From a virus (Duplodnaviria > Heunggongvirae > Uroviricota > Caudoviricetes), in the IMG/VR virus record IMGVR_UViG_2711768014_000006: 44,064 bases of DNA; one strand, 5' to 3'. Shown here piece by piece: positions 1 to 9,310 of this stretch (position 1 is the stretch's first letter; each line of letters begins with the position of its first letter). Position numbers and translations under genes: made by a program. The notes beneath the pieces are model-generated. The model was given only the letters and a program-made list of their open reading frames with translations. It did no database searches and was not told the origin of the DNA.

Positions 1-73
1 CTCGTCTGGGGAATATCTCCCCGGCAGCCTTCAGGGAAAAATATCATCAGATGGCTGCTTAAAAAAAGAACAA

Positions 74-304
74 ATGGTAGTGTCCGCTATTGCCAGTACA
101 CCTCAGCTATTACCTTCTTCAGAGAGCCCCCAGCTACTTCCTGTGACTCTCGATGCAGCTGCCGAACAGCCAGAATCGCTCGCAGAGGACCCGAAAACCC
201 TCAGTATCAGCTGTGAGGTAACGTTCCGGCACGGGACGCTCCGCTTCAATGGCAATGTCAGCGAAAAGCTCCTGACTCTGCTGATACAGGAACTGAAGCG
301 ATGA
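74..304 (+). CDS. IS66-family accessory protein TnpA-like (orf1), possibly truncated at the window edge
   Basis: ORF immediately upstream of and overlapping the IS66 TnpB-like ORF by ATGA. Confidence 0.5.
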   Translation: MVVSAIASTPQLLPSSESPQLLPVTLDAAAEQPESLAEDPKTLSISCEVTFRHGTLRFNGNVSEKLLTLLIQELKR

Positions 305-624
305 TCCCGTTACCTTCCGGGATCAAAATTTGGCTGGTTGCCGGTATCACCGATATGAGAAATGGCTTCAACGGCCTGGCTGCGAAAGTACAGACGGCGC
401 TGAAAGACGATCCCATGTCCGGCCATGTTTTCATTTTCCGGGGCCGCAGCGGCAGTCAGGTTAAACTGCTGTGGTCCACCAGTGACGGACTGTGCCTCCT
501 GACCAAACGGCTGGAGCGTGGGCGCTTCGCCTGGCCGTCAGCCCGTGATGGCAAAGTGTTCCTTACACAGGCGCAGCTGGCGATGCTGCTGGAAGGTATC
601 GACTGGCGACATATAACCAGGTGA
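301..624 (+). CDS. tnpB: IS66-family accessory protein TnpB (orf2)
   Basis: 107-aa product MIPLPSGIKIWLVAGITDMRNGFNGL...GRFAWP matches the conserved IS66 Orf2 family as I recall it; the C-terminus ends exactly at the prophage junction. Confidence 0.8.
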   Translation: MIPLPSGIKIWLVAGITDMRNGFNGLAAKVQTALKDDPMSGHVFIFRGRSGSQVKLLWSTSDGLCLLTKRLERGRFAWPSARDGKVFLTQAQLAMLLEGIDWRHITR

Positions 625-628
625 ATCA

Positions 629-785
629 TTTGATACCGACAAGGGGTTTAGTGAAAGGAGGTGAAATCACCTGTAAGATACTGAAATAAAACAGGTGATG
701 GCTAGATGTGCGGATAAGGTCTATTTGATACCGATTGTGCAATAATTAGTCATTTATTATAAAATCGGCAACTCATTTGATACTG
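629..785 (+). repeat. Left-end transposase binding sites (three copies of TTTGATAC[CT]G at 629-639, 724-734, 776-785)
   Basis: Spacing of ~95 and ~52 bp resembles the L1-L2-L3 arrangement of the Mu left end; the same motif occurs inverted at the right end. Confidence 0.5.
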
Positions 786-857
786 TGGTTTTAGTCTTTT
801 AAGGCGTTCCAAACAATGCGAAATACTCGATATAGTGCAAAATGCGGGCTAATGCTA

Positions 858-1403
858 TTAACCCGCTTTTGGTTCTACCGCGTTAGATTTGCGACTTCTC
901 TCAGTTTCTTCCAAAATCTCTCTGACGCGTTCGTCAGACATACCTTCAAGCTGTAATGCAGCTATTCTTTTCCTTCCTTCTAAGCGGATTAGATCTTGAT
1001 TTTCAGGCTCTAACAACCGAGCTAAGTACTTGGCTCCATTCAGAACCAAATTTTTCGATAGCTGCTCTAAGTCTTTTTCATCAAGTGCGCTGATAATCGT
1101 CATAATTATCTTCTTGCTTTCATCTTGATTTTCCTTGATCTCACACCGATTCACTTGTGATGCATCACTGAATCCACATAGCCACTCAACACTTACTCCT
1201 TCGATAGACGCAATCTGAAGGGCGACACTTAAGGATGGCTCAGTGCCACGAGACAGATAATTGTTTAGTGTTGAAAATGAAAGCCCCCAATCTCTTGCTG
1301 CAGCTCTGACGCTGCGGGAGCCAATCAGCCTTTTCAGACGCTCAGCAATGCTTTCTTTTCTACCACCAGGAAAAGAAAGAGATGTTGTTGTTTGCTTGTT
1401 CAT
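858..1403 (-). CDS. Mu-like repressor (c)
   Basis: 181-aa ORF on the opposite strand at the left end, divergent from ner/A/B across an operator-rich intergenic region; position matches Mu c. Confidence 0.6.
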   Translation of the reverse strand: MNKQTTTSLSFPGGRKESIAERLKRLIGSRSVRAAARDWGLSFSTLNNYLSRGTEPSLSVALQIASIEGVSVEWLCGFSDASQVNRCEIKENQDESKKIIMTIISALDEKDLEQLSKNLVLNGAKYLARLLEPENQDLIRLEGRKRIAALQLEGMSDERVREILEETERSRKSNAVEPKAG

Positions 1404-1588
1404 TTTCTTTTCTTCCTATCAATTTGAAATTATTAACTTTTAGTGTTGTCAGCAACCATTGATCCACAATAGACAAAAGAAAGATGTTTTTTTTGCTTTA
1501 CATGAAGCAGAAGTGGATCAATACTTATATCAAACTTGATAACTAAGTTTAGTTATCAAATTTCGTAACTTTTTAGGATAGATGAATC
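1404..1588. promoter_or_regulatory. Early operator/promoter region between repressor and ner
   Basis: AT-rich 185-bp divergent intergenic region with a perfect palindrome TTGATAACTAA-GT-TTAGTTATCAA (1536-1559) and inverted repeats TTGATCCAC/GTGGATCAA (about 1461-1469 and 1513-1521). Confidence 0.5.
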
Positions 1589-1819
1589 ATGGCGAGAAAT
1601 GAAGTTAAGCCTGATTGGCATCCTCAAAGAATTTTGGGGGAAGTCAGAGCCAGAGAAGGAAGCATGAGGGCGCTGGCCCGTAAAGCTGGCGTGGGTCAGA
1701 ACAATCTGTACAACGCGGTATACCGCCATGTTCCCAAGTATGAGGGGATTATCGCGGAATGCCTGGGGGTGCCGCCCGAGGAGATTTGGCCCAGCCGCTA
1801 CATTCGTAAGGTCGCGTAA
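1589..1819 (+). CDS. ner: Ner-like DNA-binding transcriptional regulator
   Basis: 76-aa product with ...DWH...LSRKAG...NNLYNA...PEEIWPSRY, strongly resembling Mu Ner as I recall it. Confidence 0.85.
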   Translation: MARNEVKPDWHPQRILGEVRAREGSMRALARKAGVGQNNLYNAVYRHVPKYEGIIAECLGVPPEEIWPSRYIRKVA

Positions 1820-1821
1820 TT

Positions 1822-3909
1822 ATGTTTGCTTCAGTTAAAGAACTGGTTGGATTACCGGGGATGCCGGGAACGGAGCAAGGCGTTCGCTATTCAATCAGGA
1901 AGTATGCAACCAGCGAAACCAGCAGACGCCGCAAGAAAGGCGCTAAAGGTTTTGAATACAGCATTGACTGTTTACCTGAAGTGACACAGCAGGCATTACG
2001 CGAACGTTATGCCCTGCAACTGATGACGCAAAAAGCCGATGAATCACCGGCTCCGGTGGTGACAAAGGCCAGACGCTCGTCTGCCGTGGTTGATGCGGTG
2101 GAGGCATATCGCGGATCACCACAACTGATGGTCGAACGCCTCAATGCCCTGACTGAAAACCAGCGCCAGGTGGCAGACGCACGCATTGCGATCGTCAGTG
2201 AGGTGCTGAAATTCACGCAACAACCCGGTTTCAGCTGCGCTAAAGCTATCCGGTTCCTCGTTAACAGCCTGGCACGATCACAACTGGACGAGCGCATTGT
2301 GGCAATGGTTGAGACGGCGAACGCCAAAAAGGGAAACAGCCGCGCGTTGAGTGAAATCACGCTGAAACGCTGGATTGCGGCCTTTAACAAGGCACAGAAC
2401 GCCGCTGAACGCCTGCTTTTACTGGCACCGGGTAAACGCCAGGAAATAAAAGCCGAAGATATTAACTGGCTGCCCGAATTTCTGGCGCAGTATCGCCAGT
2501 CAAACGGCCGACCAATGACCGAGGCTTACGAGGATTTTGTTGCTGAATGGCAGCACCGGCACGCTGATGAGCCTTATATGCTCGATATCATGCCCTCTTA
2601 TGACACCATTCGCCGCGCAATGAAGAAACTGCCGGAAGTGGTGAAACAAAAAGGCCGGGTAACTGGCAGTGAATACCGTCAGCTTGAGGGATTCACGCGC
2701 CGCGACTGGTCCAGAATGCCGGTGAATTATGTCTGGATTGGTGACGGTCACGGCATGAAGCTGAAATGCGCGCACCCGGTTCACGGGCGGCCATTCGCAC
2801 CGGAAGTGACCTTTGTTATCGACGGTGGCACGCGCTTTGTGGTGGGCTGGAGCCTTGACCTGGCTGAAAATGTTTTCGCCGTAGCCGGTGCCATACAGCA
2901 CGGTATTCGCCATCATGGCAAACCGTTTCTGTATTACTCGGATAATGGCTCCGGGGAAACCGCCGACGTCCTGGATAAGGAGATTGTGGGGATACTGCCA
3001 CGACTGGGGATTAATCACCCGACAGGGATTGCCGGTAATCCGCAGGGACGGGGCATTATCGAACGGCTTAACCGCACATTACCGATGCGCATAGCCCGTA
3101 AATACCGCACCTATTTCGGGAAAGGAGCAGATCGCGAGACGTTACGTAAAACCAACCGCGATTTACGCTCGGCATTCAGTGCCCTGCAACAGGGCAAACG
3201 GCTGAACGCCCGGCAGCAGTCAGCGATGCGTGATTTACCGTCCTGGTCTGAACTGATTGATGCCATTCGTGACGGTGTTGAGTGGTACAACAACCGGCCG
3301 CACGATGAATTACCCATGAAGCCGAACGGTAAACATTACAGCCCGGCGGAGTTCAGAAAAAAACGCCTGGCGGAAGAGGACACGGAAATTGAATGGCTGT
3401 CCGATGTTGAACTGCGGGATATGTTCCGGCCGATGGTGGAGCGCCCTGTAAGACGCTGTGAAATACGCTGGCTGAATAATATTTACTACGCGCCCGAGCT
3501 GCGTGACGAGCATGGCCGTAAGGTACTTATCAGCTATGACATTCATGATGCCGAACGAATTACCGTGCGCCGCCCGGATGGCAGCGTGATTTGCGAGGCG
3601 GTATGGGACGGCAATAAACGCGAAGCCTTCCCTGTCAGCGCGGAATACTACAAACAGCAGCAGCGCCTTAAAGGCATGCGTAAACGCGCAGAGGAAAAAA
3701 TCCGTGATGCCGAGGATGAGGTTGTCAACGTGCTGGAGCACAAGCCGCAGGAGCCCTGGCTGGAAAACATATACCGCCCTGTGGGTAATACGGTGACCGT
3801 TCAGCAACCGGTCGCTGACGATGAACCTGATGAAGAATACGAGCGTAATTTCCAGCGGGGATTGCAACTGCTCGAAGCGAAATTAAAAGAAAGTGATCCG
3901 CTGGCCTGA
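1822..3909 (+). CDS. Mu-type DDE transposase A
   Basis: 695-aa ORF directly after ner; length and position match MuA. Confidence 0.9.
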   Translation: MFASVKELVGLPGMPGTEQGVRYSIRKYATSETSRRRKKGAKGFEYSIDCLPEVTQQALRERYALQLMTQKADESPAPVVTKARRSSAVVDAVEAYRGSPQLMVERLNALTENQRQVADARIAIVSEVLKFTQQPGFSCAKAIRFLVNSLARSQLDERIVAMVETANAKKGNSRALSEITLKRWIAAFNKAQNAAERLLLLAPGKRQEIKAEDINWLPEFLAQYRQSNGRPMTEAYEDFVAEWQHRHADEPYMLDIMPSYDTIRRAMKKLPEVVKQKGRVTGSEYRQLEGFTRRDWSRMPVNYVWIGDGHGMKLKCAHPVHGRPFAPEVTFVIDGGTRFVVGWSLDLAENVFAVAGAIQHGIRHHGKPFLYYSDNGSGETADVLDKEIVGILPRLGINHPTGIAGNPQGRGIIERLNRTLPMRIARKYRTYFGKGADRETLRKTNRDLRSAFSALQQGKRLNARQQSAMRDLPSWSELIDAIRDGVEWYNNRPHDELPMKPNGKHYSPAEFRKKRLAEEDTEIEWLSDVELRDMFRPMVERPVRRCEIRWLNNIYYAPELRDEHGRKVLISYDIHDAERITVRRPDGSVICEAVWDGNKREAFPVSAEYYKQQQRLKGMRKRAEEKIRDAEDEVVNVLEHKPQEPWLENIYRPVGNTVTVQQPVADDEPDEEYERNFQRGLQLLEAKLKESDPLA

Positions 3910-3991
3910 AATAAAAAAATAACCCGAGGGGTGACTCAGGTTATTTGAGGTTTCAGTCTCGGAGAATGCTGTCTCAAGCGAGGTGAATAAT

Positions 3992-4924
3992 ATGACCGAT
4001 ATTAACGATGTAATCAAGACCATTGATGAACTTATTGATGGCGGCGTACTGACGCAGTATGCCATCGCCAGAGAGGCGGGAATTTCCGACGGCACATTAT
4101 CGGCTTTCCGTAAGGGAAAATATAAAGGCGATAACGCTGCTGTGGCTGCTTCCCTGCGCTCCTGGTATGAGAACTGGAATAAACAAAGCGCACTGCCGGA
4201 ACCGCCGCAGTTTGTGGAAACTCAGACAGTCCAGGAGCTGCGCGCACTGTTTCAGGCGGTTCGCCTGATGGGCTGTATTAACGTTATTGTGGGCGTACCG
4301 GGTGTGGGTAAAACGGCCACTGCCCGTAATTACTGCCAGGAGCAACCAAACACCTGGATGATCACCCTGTCACCCGCGCACTCCAGCGTCACGGAGTGTC
4401 TGCTGGAGCTGGCCGATGCGCTGGGGATTGATTACACCCGCGCGAACAAAGGGGCATTATCCCGCGCCATCCGCCGTCGCCTGATGGGAACGCGTGGACT
4501 GGTGATTGTGGATGAGGCGGATCATCTTGGTATTGACGGTCTGGAGCAACTCCGGGCAATTCAGGACGCCACGGGGATCGGGATGGTGCTTATTGGTAAC
4601 CCGCGCGGATTGTTTAAAGGTGGACGCCGCGCCTTTGATGATTTATCGCGCCTGTTCAGCCGTCTTGCCCGTACAAAACAACTTCGCAAGGCCAAAAAGG
4701 CGGATGTGCTGGCCATTGCCATGGCGTGGGGGATCAGTGGTGAGGCCGAGCTGGCCGTCATGCAGGCTATCGCTGAAAAGCCGGGAGCGTTACGCGTTCT
4801 GACACATACGCTTAACCAGGCGTGGCTCACCGCCAGCGGTGAAGGCGCGGCGCTGACAGAAAAACATATTAATGCGGCCTTTAAAGAGGTTTATACCAAC
4901 CCTGAATTACTCTCACAGGTGTGA
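3992..4924 (+). CDS. Mu B-like ATP-dependent target DNA activator
   Basis: Walker A motif GVPGVGKT; N-terminal HTH region resembles MuB; ATG at 3992 preceded by GAGG. Confidence 0.85.
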   Translation: MTDINDVIKTIDELIDGGVLTQYAIAREAGISDGTLSAFRKGKYKGDNAAVAASLRSWYENWNKQSALPEPPQFVETQTVQELRALFQAVRLMGCINVIVGVPGVGKTATARNYCQEQPNTWMITLSPAHSSVTECLLELADALGIDYTRANKGALSRAIRRRLMGTRGLVIVDEADHLGIDGLEQLRAIQDATGIGMVLIGNPRGLFKGGRRAFDDLSRLFSRLARTKQLRKAKKADVLAIAMAWGISGEAELAVMQAIAEKPGALRVLTHTLNQAWLTASGEGAALTEKHINAAFKEVYTNPELLSQV

Positions 4925-4926
4925 TT

Positions 4927-5148
4927 ATGGCGGTATTTAATATTCCTGATATTTACGGACGCTTTTACCTGGTTAATTTCGATAACGTGAAGGTGATTTC
5001 ACTGGCCGAAAATAAAGAATGTGGCGATTTACTTTTTGAATTTAATGACCGCACACGAATGGTGATATCTGCCGGACTTGATCGCGAAGGTGCGACAGAA
5101 GTTTACAGCGGAATATGCCGTTCTGTTGGTGCGAAACAAGTCAGCTAA
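4927..5148 (+). CDS. Hypothetical early protein (Mu kil position)
   Basis: 74-aa ORF immediately after B, translationally coupled. Confidence 0.45.
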   Translation: MAVFNIPDIYGRFYLVNFDNVKVISLAENKECGDLLFEFNDRTRMVISAGLDREGATEVYSGICRSVGAKQVS

Positions 5149-5160
5149 ATGAGGTGTTAT

Positions 5161-5415
5161 ATGAATATGCAATCCTGCGGTAACAAAATGAATTTATTCG
5201 ACTCCCTGAACAGCGCGCGCCGTCTGACCGAACTTGCCGGTGCGGTACTGGAACGCAGTAAGCGCTATCCGCAACGTTTTGCACTGAAAACCACGCCGCC
5301 GGTAGGCAACGTGCAGGGAACCGGTGAAATTGAAATCACCATACAGACCAACGGCCTGCGCCGCCGTGTGAAGGCCACCCGCATCAGCGGCTGCACGGTT
5401 TACTGGGAGGTGTGA
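5161..5415 (+). CDS. Hypothetical early protein
   Basis: ORF with ATG at 5161 following AGGTG. Confidence 0.4.
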   Translation: MNMQSCGNKMNLFDSLNSARRLTELAGAVLERSKRYPQRFALKTTPPVGNVQGTGEIEITIQTNGLRRRVKATRISGCTVYWEV

Positions 5416-5416
5416 G

Positions 5417-5698
5417 GTGAAAAAAAATCTCATTGCATGGGCGTGGTCGAGTGGTCTTATTGAGTTTGGTTACGTCCTGCCGGAAGGTGCATTGCCGATA
5501 GTTGCCGGAAAGCCTGCCACGGTACGGCATGTGATTGAGGTTATGGCGCGTCATGGACGTGATGAACAGGAGCAGTTACTGGTTCCGGGGATACCGGAAG
5601 CGGTGACGGAGGAAGAAGCCTTTAATGCCATGATTCGGTTCTGCCGTGAGGTTAGACGCCGGGTCAGTTATCCAAACAGAACGAGGACCAGAGGATGA
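5417..5698 (+). CDS. Hypothetical early protein
   Basis: GTG start 6 nt after GGGAGG; 93 aa. Confidence 0.45.
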   Translation: MKKNLIAWAWSSGLIEFGYVLPEGALPIVAGKPATVRHVIEVMARHGRDEQEQLLVPGIPEAVTEEEAFNAMIRFCREVRRRVSYPNRTRTRG

Positions 5699-5967
5699 GT
5701 AAAGTCGTACGCATTATTTTCGAATACAAGGAAGATGTTATCTGCAAAAACTCTGATGGCAGCACGCACAGAGGGGTAAGTCTGGATATACGTTCAACCG
5801 GAATAAAGAAGAAAGATAATGGACCCGCCATGATTTTTGGGGTGGTTATGCTGGCAGAAAGCAGAAACTTCGCAGAGTTTGTGGCAATGAAAGCCAGTGC
5901 ATTCATGAAAGACAGAGGCATGGCTTCCGGGGTTATTAACGGTAATGAATTTAATCAACAGGGGTAA
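5695..5967 (+). CDS. Hypothetical early protein (tandem paralogue 1)
   Basis: Starts MSKVVRIIFEY; resembles the next ORF. Confidence 0.45.
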   Translation: MSKVVRIIFEYKEDVICKNSDGSTHRGVSLDIRSTGIKKKDNGPAMIFGVVMLAESRNFAEFVAMKASAFMKDRGMASGVINGNEFNQQG

Positions 5968-5971
5968 TTCC

Positions 5972-6265
5972 ATGAGCAAAGTACGCGTTATTTTTGAATT
6001 TAATCATGTTTCGCATGACGAAAAGTTGGCAGGCAATGACTGTGTTGAAGTGCATGAAAAGATTGGAGTGGATGTGAAAACAGAACGTGATACGGATAAC
6101 AGGCCGACGTCACTCTGTGACGTTTATGCAAGTATTCTCCAGTATCACAGTCCTGCAATTATTCAGTTTCTCTCAGCGGAATTTCAGGCATCTGCACAGT
6201 CTTTTGGAGCGGATGCCATCATTAAACGCCACCGCGTGCATAAAGCATCAGGCACACTGCAATAA
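5972..6265 (+). CDS. Hypothetical early protein (tandem paralogue 2)
   Basis: Starts MSKVRVIFEF; resembles the preceding ORF. Confidence 0.45.
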   Translation: MSKVRVIFEFNHVSHDEKLAGNDCVEVHEKIGVDVKTERDTDNRPTSLCDVYASILQYHSPAIIQFLSAEFQASAQSFGADAIIKRHRVHKASGTLQ

Positions 6266-6276
6266 GGAAAAACAAA

Positions 6277-6807
6277 ATGGCTAAACGCGTTACAAAATTA
6301 AAGGCCGCAGCCGAGGCGGCACCGCAGACCCGGGAAGAAGTCAGCCGTGATATCCGCACCCTGGGAGATATTCAGCGAGAGGCGCTGCGCCTGGAAACGG
6401 CGATGAATGACGAAGTGGCAGAAATCACCGCCCGTTATACGCCGCAGATTGAAAATCTTAAAAAGCAAATCAAAGTGCTTTTTAAAGGGATTCAGGACTG
6501 GTGCAAAACCAACCGTGATGAGCTGACGAACGGCGGCAAAACCAAAACAGCCAATCTGACCACCGGAACGGTGTCATGGCGGCTGGGAACGCCATCATGC
6601 AGCGTCAGCCGTGATGTGGAAGGTGTGATTGAAATGCTGCGCCGTATGGGGCTTGAGCGTTTCATCCGCACGAAAGAGGAAGTGAACAAGGAAGCCGTCC
6701 TGGCGGAGCCGGATGCTGTGAAAGGCATTGCCGGTATCAAGGTGAATAAAGGCGCTGAAAGTTTTTATGTCGAGCCTTTTGAACAGGACGCCGGACTGAA
6801 TAAATAA
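6277..6807 (+). CDS. gam: Gam-like host-nuclease inhibitor (DNA end-binding protein)
   Basis: 176-aa product with Mu Gam-like sequence and position. Confidence 0.85.
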   Translation: MAKRVTKLKAAAEAAPQTREEVSRDIRTLGDIQREALRLETAMNDEVAEITARYTPQIENLKKQIKVLFKGIQDWCKTNRDELTNGGKTKTANLTTGTVSWRLGTPSCSVSRDVEGVIEMLRRMGLERFIRTKEEVNKEAVLAEPDAVKGIAGIKVNKGAESFYVEPFEQDAGLNK

Positions 6808-6952
6808 CACCGCATTAATCAATTAAATATCACTTCATTTTAATTATGGCGCTCGCGTCAGGGGACTGCTTGCGCCTGAAAACAGAAAATAAGGGTTAAG
6901 AAATATGAAATACGTTTATATCGTCATTAATAATGTGGTGGGGAAATAAATC

Positions 6953-7486
6953 ATGATTGATGCAAAAGTGCTTGAAGGGGTTAAAAACTGGCTGTGTATT
7001 TATGGCCGCCTGACCTGCGGTGTACTGGCTGAAAAAATGAATATGCCGCCATCCTCCATGGTTTATTTTCTGCGTGATGCGGTTGATGCAGGCGTGCTGA
7101 CGGAATGTAACGGTTTTTATGATATTCCGCGTCCCCGCCCGGTGCAGCCGGTTCGTCGCAAATGCAGCCAGGAATCTGCGGCTGATGATGTTCAGTGGTG
7201 CGGCTTCAGAAAATCCCTGCCATGGATTGAGGGGCATGATATTCCGTCGATGGCGTGGGAATTTGCTCAGGGCGTTCTGACCTGTGAAACCGTTTATGTG
7301 GTGGCTGAAGTTGATGAGCAGGCCATGAAAGAAGGCGTGCCCCAGTTTGTGATGGCGTATATCGACATACGCCTGGGCGTCATTATCTGCGGTTTAAGCG
7401 GCTGGAATATCACTGAACATGTTCTGCGCTACCTGATTGTTGACCGGACAGCAGCGCCTGCCGGGATATCTGCGGAGGTGGCGTAA
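6953..7486 (+). CDS. Hypothetical protein
   Basis: 177-aa ORF with RBS, after a 145-bp AT-rich intergenic gap. Confidence 0.5.
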   Translation: MIDAKVLEGVKNWLCIYGRLTCGVLAEKMNMPPSSMVYFLRDAVDAGVLTECNGFYDIPRPRPVQPVRRKCSQESAADDVQWCGFRKSLPWIEGHDIPSMAWEFAQGVLTCETVYVVAEVDEQAMKEGVPQFVMAYIDIRLGVIICGLSGWNITEHVLRYLIVDRTAAPAGISAEVA

Positions 7487-8001
7487 TGTTCTTTAAAACA
7501 TCAAACCCTTCCGCGCTGGCTGCGTGGCAAAAATACCAGCAGGACTGCCAGAAAGTTAAGGATGAGGCAAAACGCCTTGAGGCCGTGCTGAATGTTGCGT
7601 GCCGGTCGGTATTTGTATCCGGTATCAGTGGATTTTACTTTAAGGGACTGCGTTTTACGGAGGACAAATATCCTTTTCATCGCGACTTATGGCGAAAACC
7701 GACTGCGTCGAATGGCTGGAGCTGCACACCGCGCACATCACGTATCCCTAAAACCCTGCGTGTTGCCTCTGATGAACTGAACAGTCTGTGGCGTGAATAT
7801 TCGCCCGTCACGTATGCCAGAACCGATGCGCTGTTGTTCTGGTTGGGTATTGATTTCTCGGCAATCCTGTTTGGCCCTGTGAAGTGGTTCTGCGTTGACG
7901 ATGTGATTTACCTTCAGTGCGGCGTAAAACCCGCAAAACAGAAAATGACCGAAATACTGTCTGATGAGTTTTATGCTGCTGAAAAGCGAGTCAGGGGGTG
8001 A
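7486..8001 (+). CDS. Hypothetical protein
   Basis: 171-aa ORF, translationally coupled. Confidence 0.5.
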   Translation: MFFKTSNPSALAAWQKYQQDCQKVKDEAKRLEAVLNVACRSVFVSGISGFYFKGLRFTEDKYPFHRDLWRKPTASNGWSCTPRTSRIPKTLRVASDELNSLWREYSPVTYARTDALLFWLGIDFSAILFGPVKWFCVDDVIYLQCGVKPAKQKMTEILSDEFYAAEKRVRG

Positions 8002-8004
8002 TGC

Positions 8005-8556
8005 ATGATGAAATTACAACCCATGGGACTAAAAGGTCGCGCCCCCGCTCATGTCCGTCCGTGGACACCTGAAGAAGATGCGCTGCTGATTGCGCTTTAT
8101 TCATCCACCCCGGTTAAGGATATTGCTGCCAGAATAAAAAGAACTGTCTGGGCTGTATATAACCGGACTGGTGTATTGCGCAGTTCATACCCGGAGTTAC
8201 TGAAATATAAACACCCAAGATTTACACCTGATGAAGATAAGTTTATTCGAAAAAATGCCAGAACAATGACCTGCCAGCAAATGGGAGAATATCTCGGACG
8301 TAATAAAGATTCTGTCAGATGTCGGGCAGGAATGATTGGTGCTGGATTAACAAAGTGCGGAGAGTTACGCCCCGGCACGCGCATATCTGATGATGATGTA
8401 CGTCTTATACGTGAGCTGCGTGATTCCGATTACCCACGCCGTCTGTCATTCCGGGAAATTGGCGAAAAGTTTGGAATATCTGAACATTCTGCTCACGCAG
8501 TTTATTACCGTCGCCGGACTGCCGAGGACGCTGTATTACGGGAGTTAACGCCATGA
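8005..8556 (+). CDS. Putative DNA-binding protein (two Myb/SANT-like W/F-TP-E-ED repeats plus C-terminal HTH)
   Basis: Motifs WTPEEDALLIALY and FTPDEDKFIR, then LSFREIGEKFGISEHSAHAVYYRR. Confidence 0.5.
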   Translation: MMKLQPMGLKGRAPAHVRPWTPEEDALLIALYSSTPVKDIAARIKRTVWAVYNRTGVLRSSYPELLKYKHPRFTPDEDKFIRKNARTMTCQQMGEYLGRNKDSVRCRAGMIGAGLTKCGELRPGTRISDDDVRLIRELRDSDYPRRLSFREIGEKFGISEHSAHAVYYRRRTAEDAVLRELTP

Positions 8557-8885
8557 TAACGACCTTATTTGTTGAATCAGATGAACCTCTTGTGTGTGCC
8601 GCCGGAATGCCGCTCTGTGGCGGAACGCTGACCGGCGTTTATTTCGGGGATTTGCGCGGTTATCCCTGGCATTCACTGGATGACGCATTTCCGCCTGATA
8701 TGGAGGCTGTCGTGCTGATTGTTCAGTATGGTGACCAACAGGAACTGCGCATCGGCCATATGGGGTATGAAGGCTTTTTTATTGATGAAGAAACCGGAGC
8801 CTGCCTTGAAGATGAGGACGGACAGGTGACGCACTGGTGCCATCTTTCGGCCTTGCCGGAATTACAGGGGATACATAATGGATGA
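8553..8885 (+). CDS. Hypothetical protein
   Basis: 110-aa ORF overlapping neighbours. Confidence 0.5.
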   Translation: MITTLFVESDEPLVCAAGMPLCGGTLTGVYFGDLRGYPWHSLDDAFPPDMEAVVLIVQYGDQQELRIGHMGYEGFFIDEETGACLEDEDGQVTHWCHLSALPELQGIHNG

Positions 8886-9021
8886 GCAAATTGTTGAATG
8901 TCCCACCTGTGGAAATGAGGACCCGGAGTATCTGAAAGAGTGCCCACATTGTGGTGAGATAAAATGTAACCACTGCGATATGGGCGACGACACTGCATGT
9001 ATAAATTGTGAGGATGAATAA
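8878..9021 (+). CDS. Small zinc-ribbon protein (four CxxC pairs), 47 aa
   Basis: MDEQIVECPTCGNEDPEYLKECPHCGEIKCNHCDMGDDTACINCEDE; start overlaps the previous stop (ATGGATGA); below the ORF-track length cutoff. Confidence 0.4.
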   Translation: MDEQIVECPTCGNEDPEYLKECPHCGEIKCNHCDMGDDTACINCEDE

Positions 9022-9022
9022 T

Positions 9023-9310
9023 ATGGAAAAAGAAATCAAATTTGCGCCTAAATCTATCGACGAAGAACTGGCTAAAATCGGCATGCTTGAACGTATGCGG
9101 GACATTATCGAATATGCGATAAAAGAAAATCTTGCAGCCAGAGAAGCCCTTTTGATAATGGAGCGGGAGATTAACCTGATTAAGGATGCTGTATCTCTGG
9201 ATAATAAAATAGCCCGCGAGGAATACGTTCGCCGTAGGCTCGGTGTTGATGGTTCAGCAATTCTTACATCTGAACATTATGCAAAAATTTTTAATCTTTT
9301 TCAGCGGTAA
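9023..9310 (+). CDS. Hypothetical protein
   Basis: ATG at 9023 preceded by GAGGA; 95 aa, predicted helical. Confidence 0.45.
   Translation: MEKEIKFAPKSIDEELAKIGMLERMRDIIEYAIKENLAAREALLIMEREINLIKDAVSLDNKIAREEYVRRRLGVDGSAILTSEHYAKIFNLFQR

Larger units (their letters stand above)
1..624 (+). mobile_element. IS66-family insertion sequence, left portion (orf1-orf2); element is interrupted after tnpB by the Mu-like prophage
   Basis: Two small overlapping ORFs with the ATGA overlap typical of IS66 tnpA/tnpB; the matching tnpC C-terminal fragment and a GTAAGCG-type terminus occur at 39335..39830. Confidence 0.65.

Noticed and set aside
2007-3867. Several minus-strand ORFs (2007..2390, 2500..3018, 3310..3867) inside the transposase A gene
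   Set aside because: Fully embedded antisense to a well-supported 695-aa gene, with no RBS or conservation signal; typical spurious frames in GC-rich coding DNA
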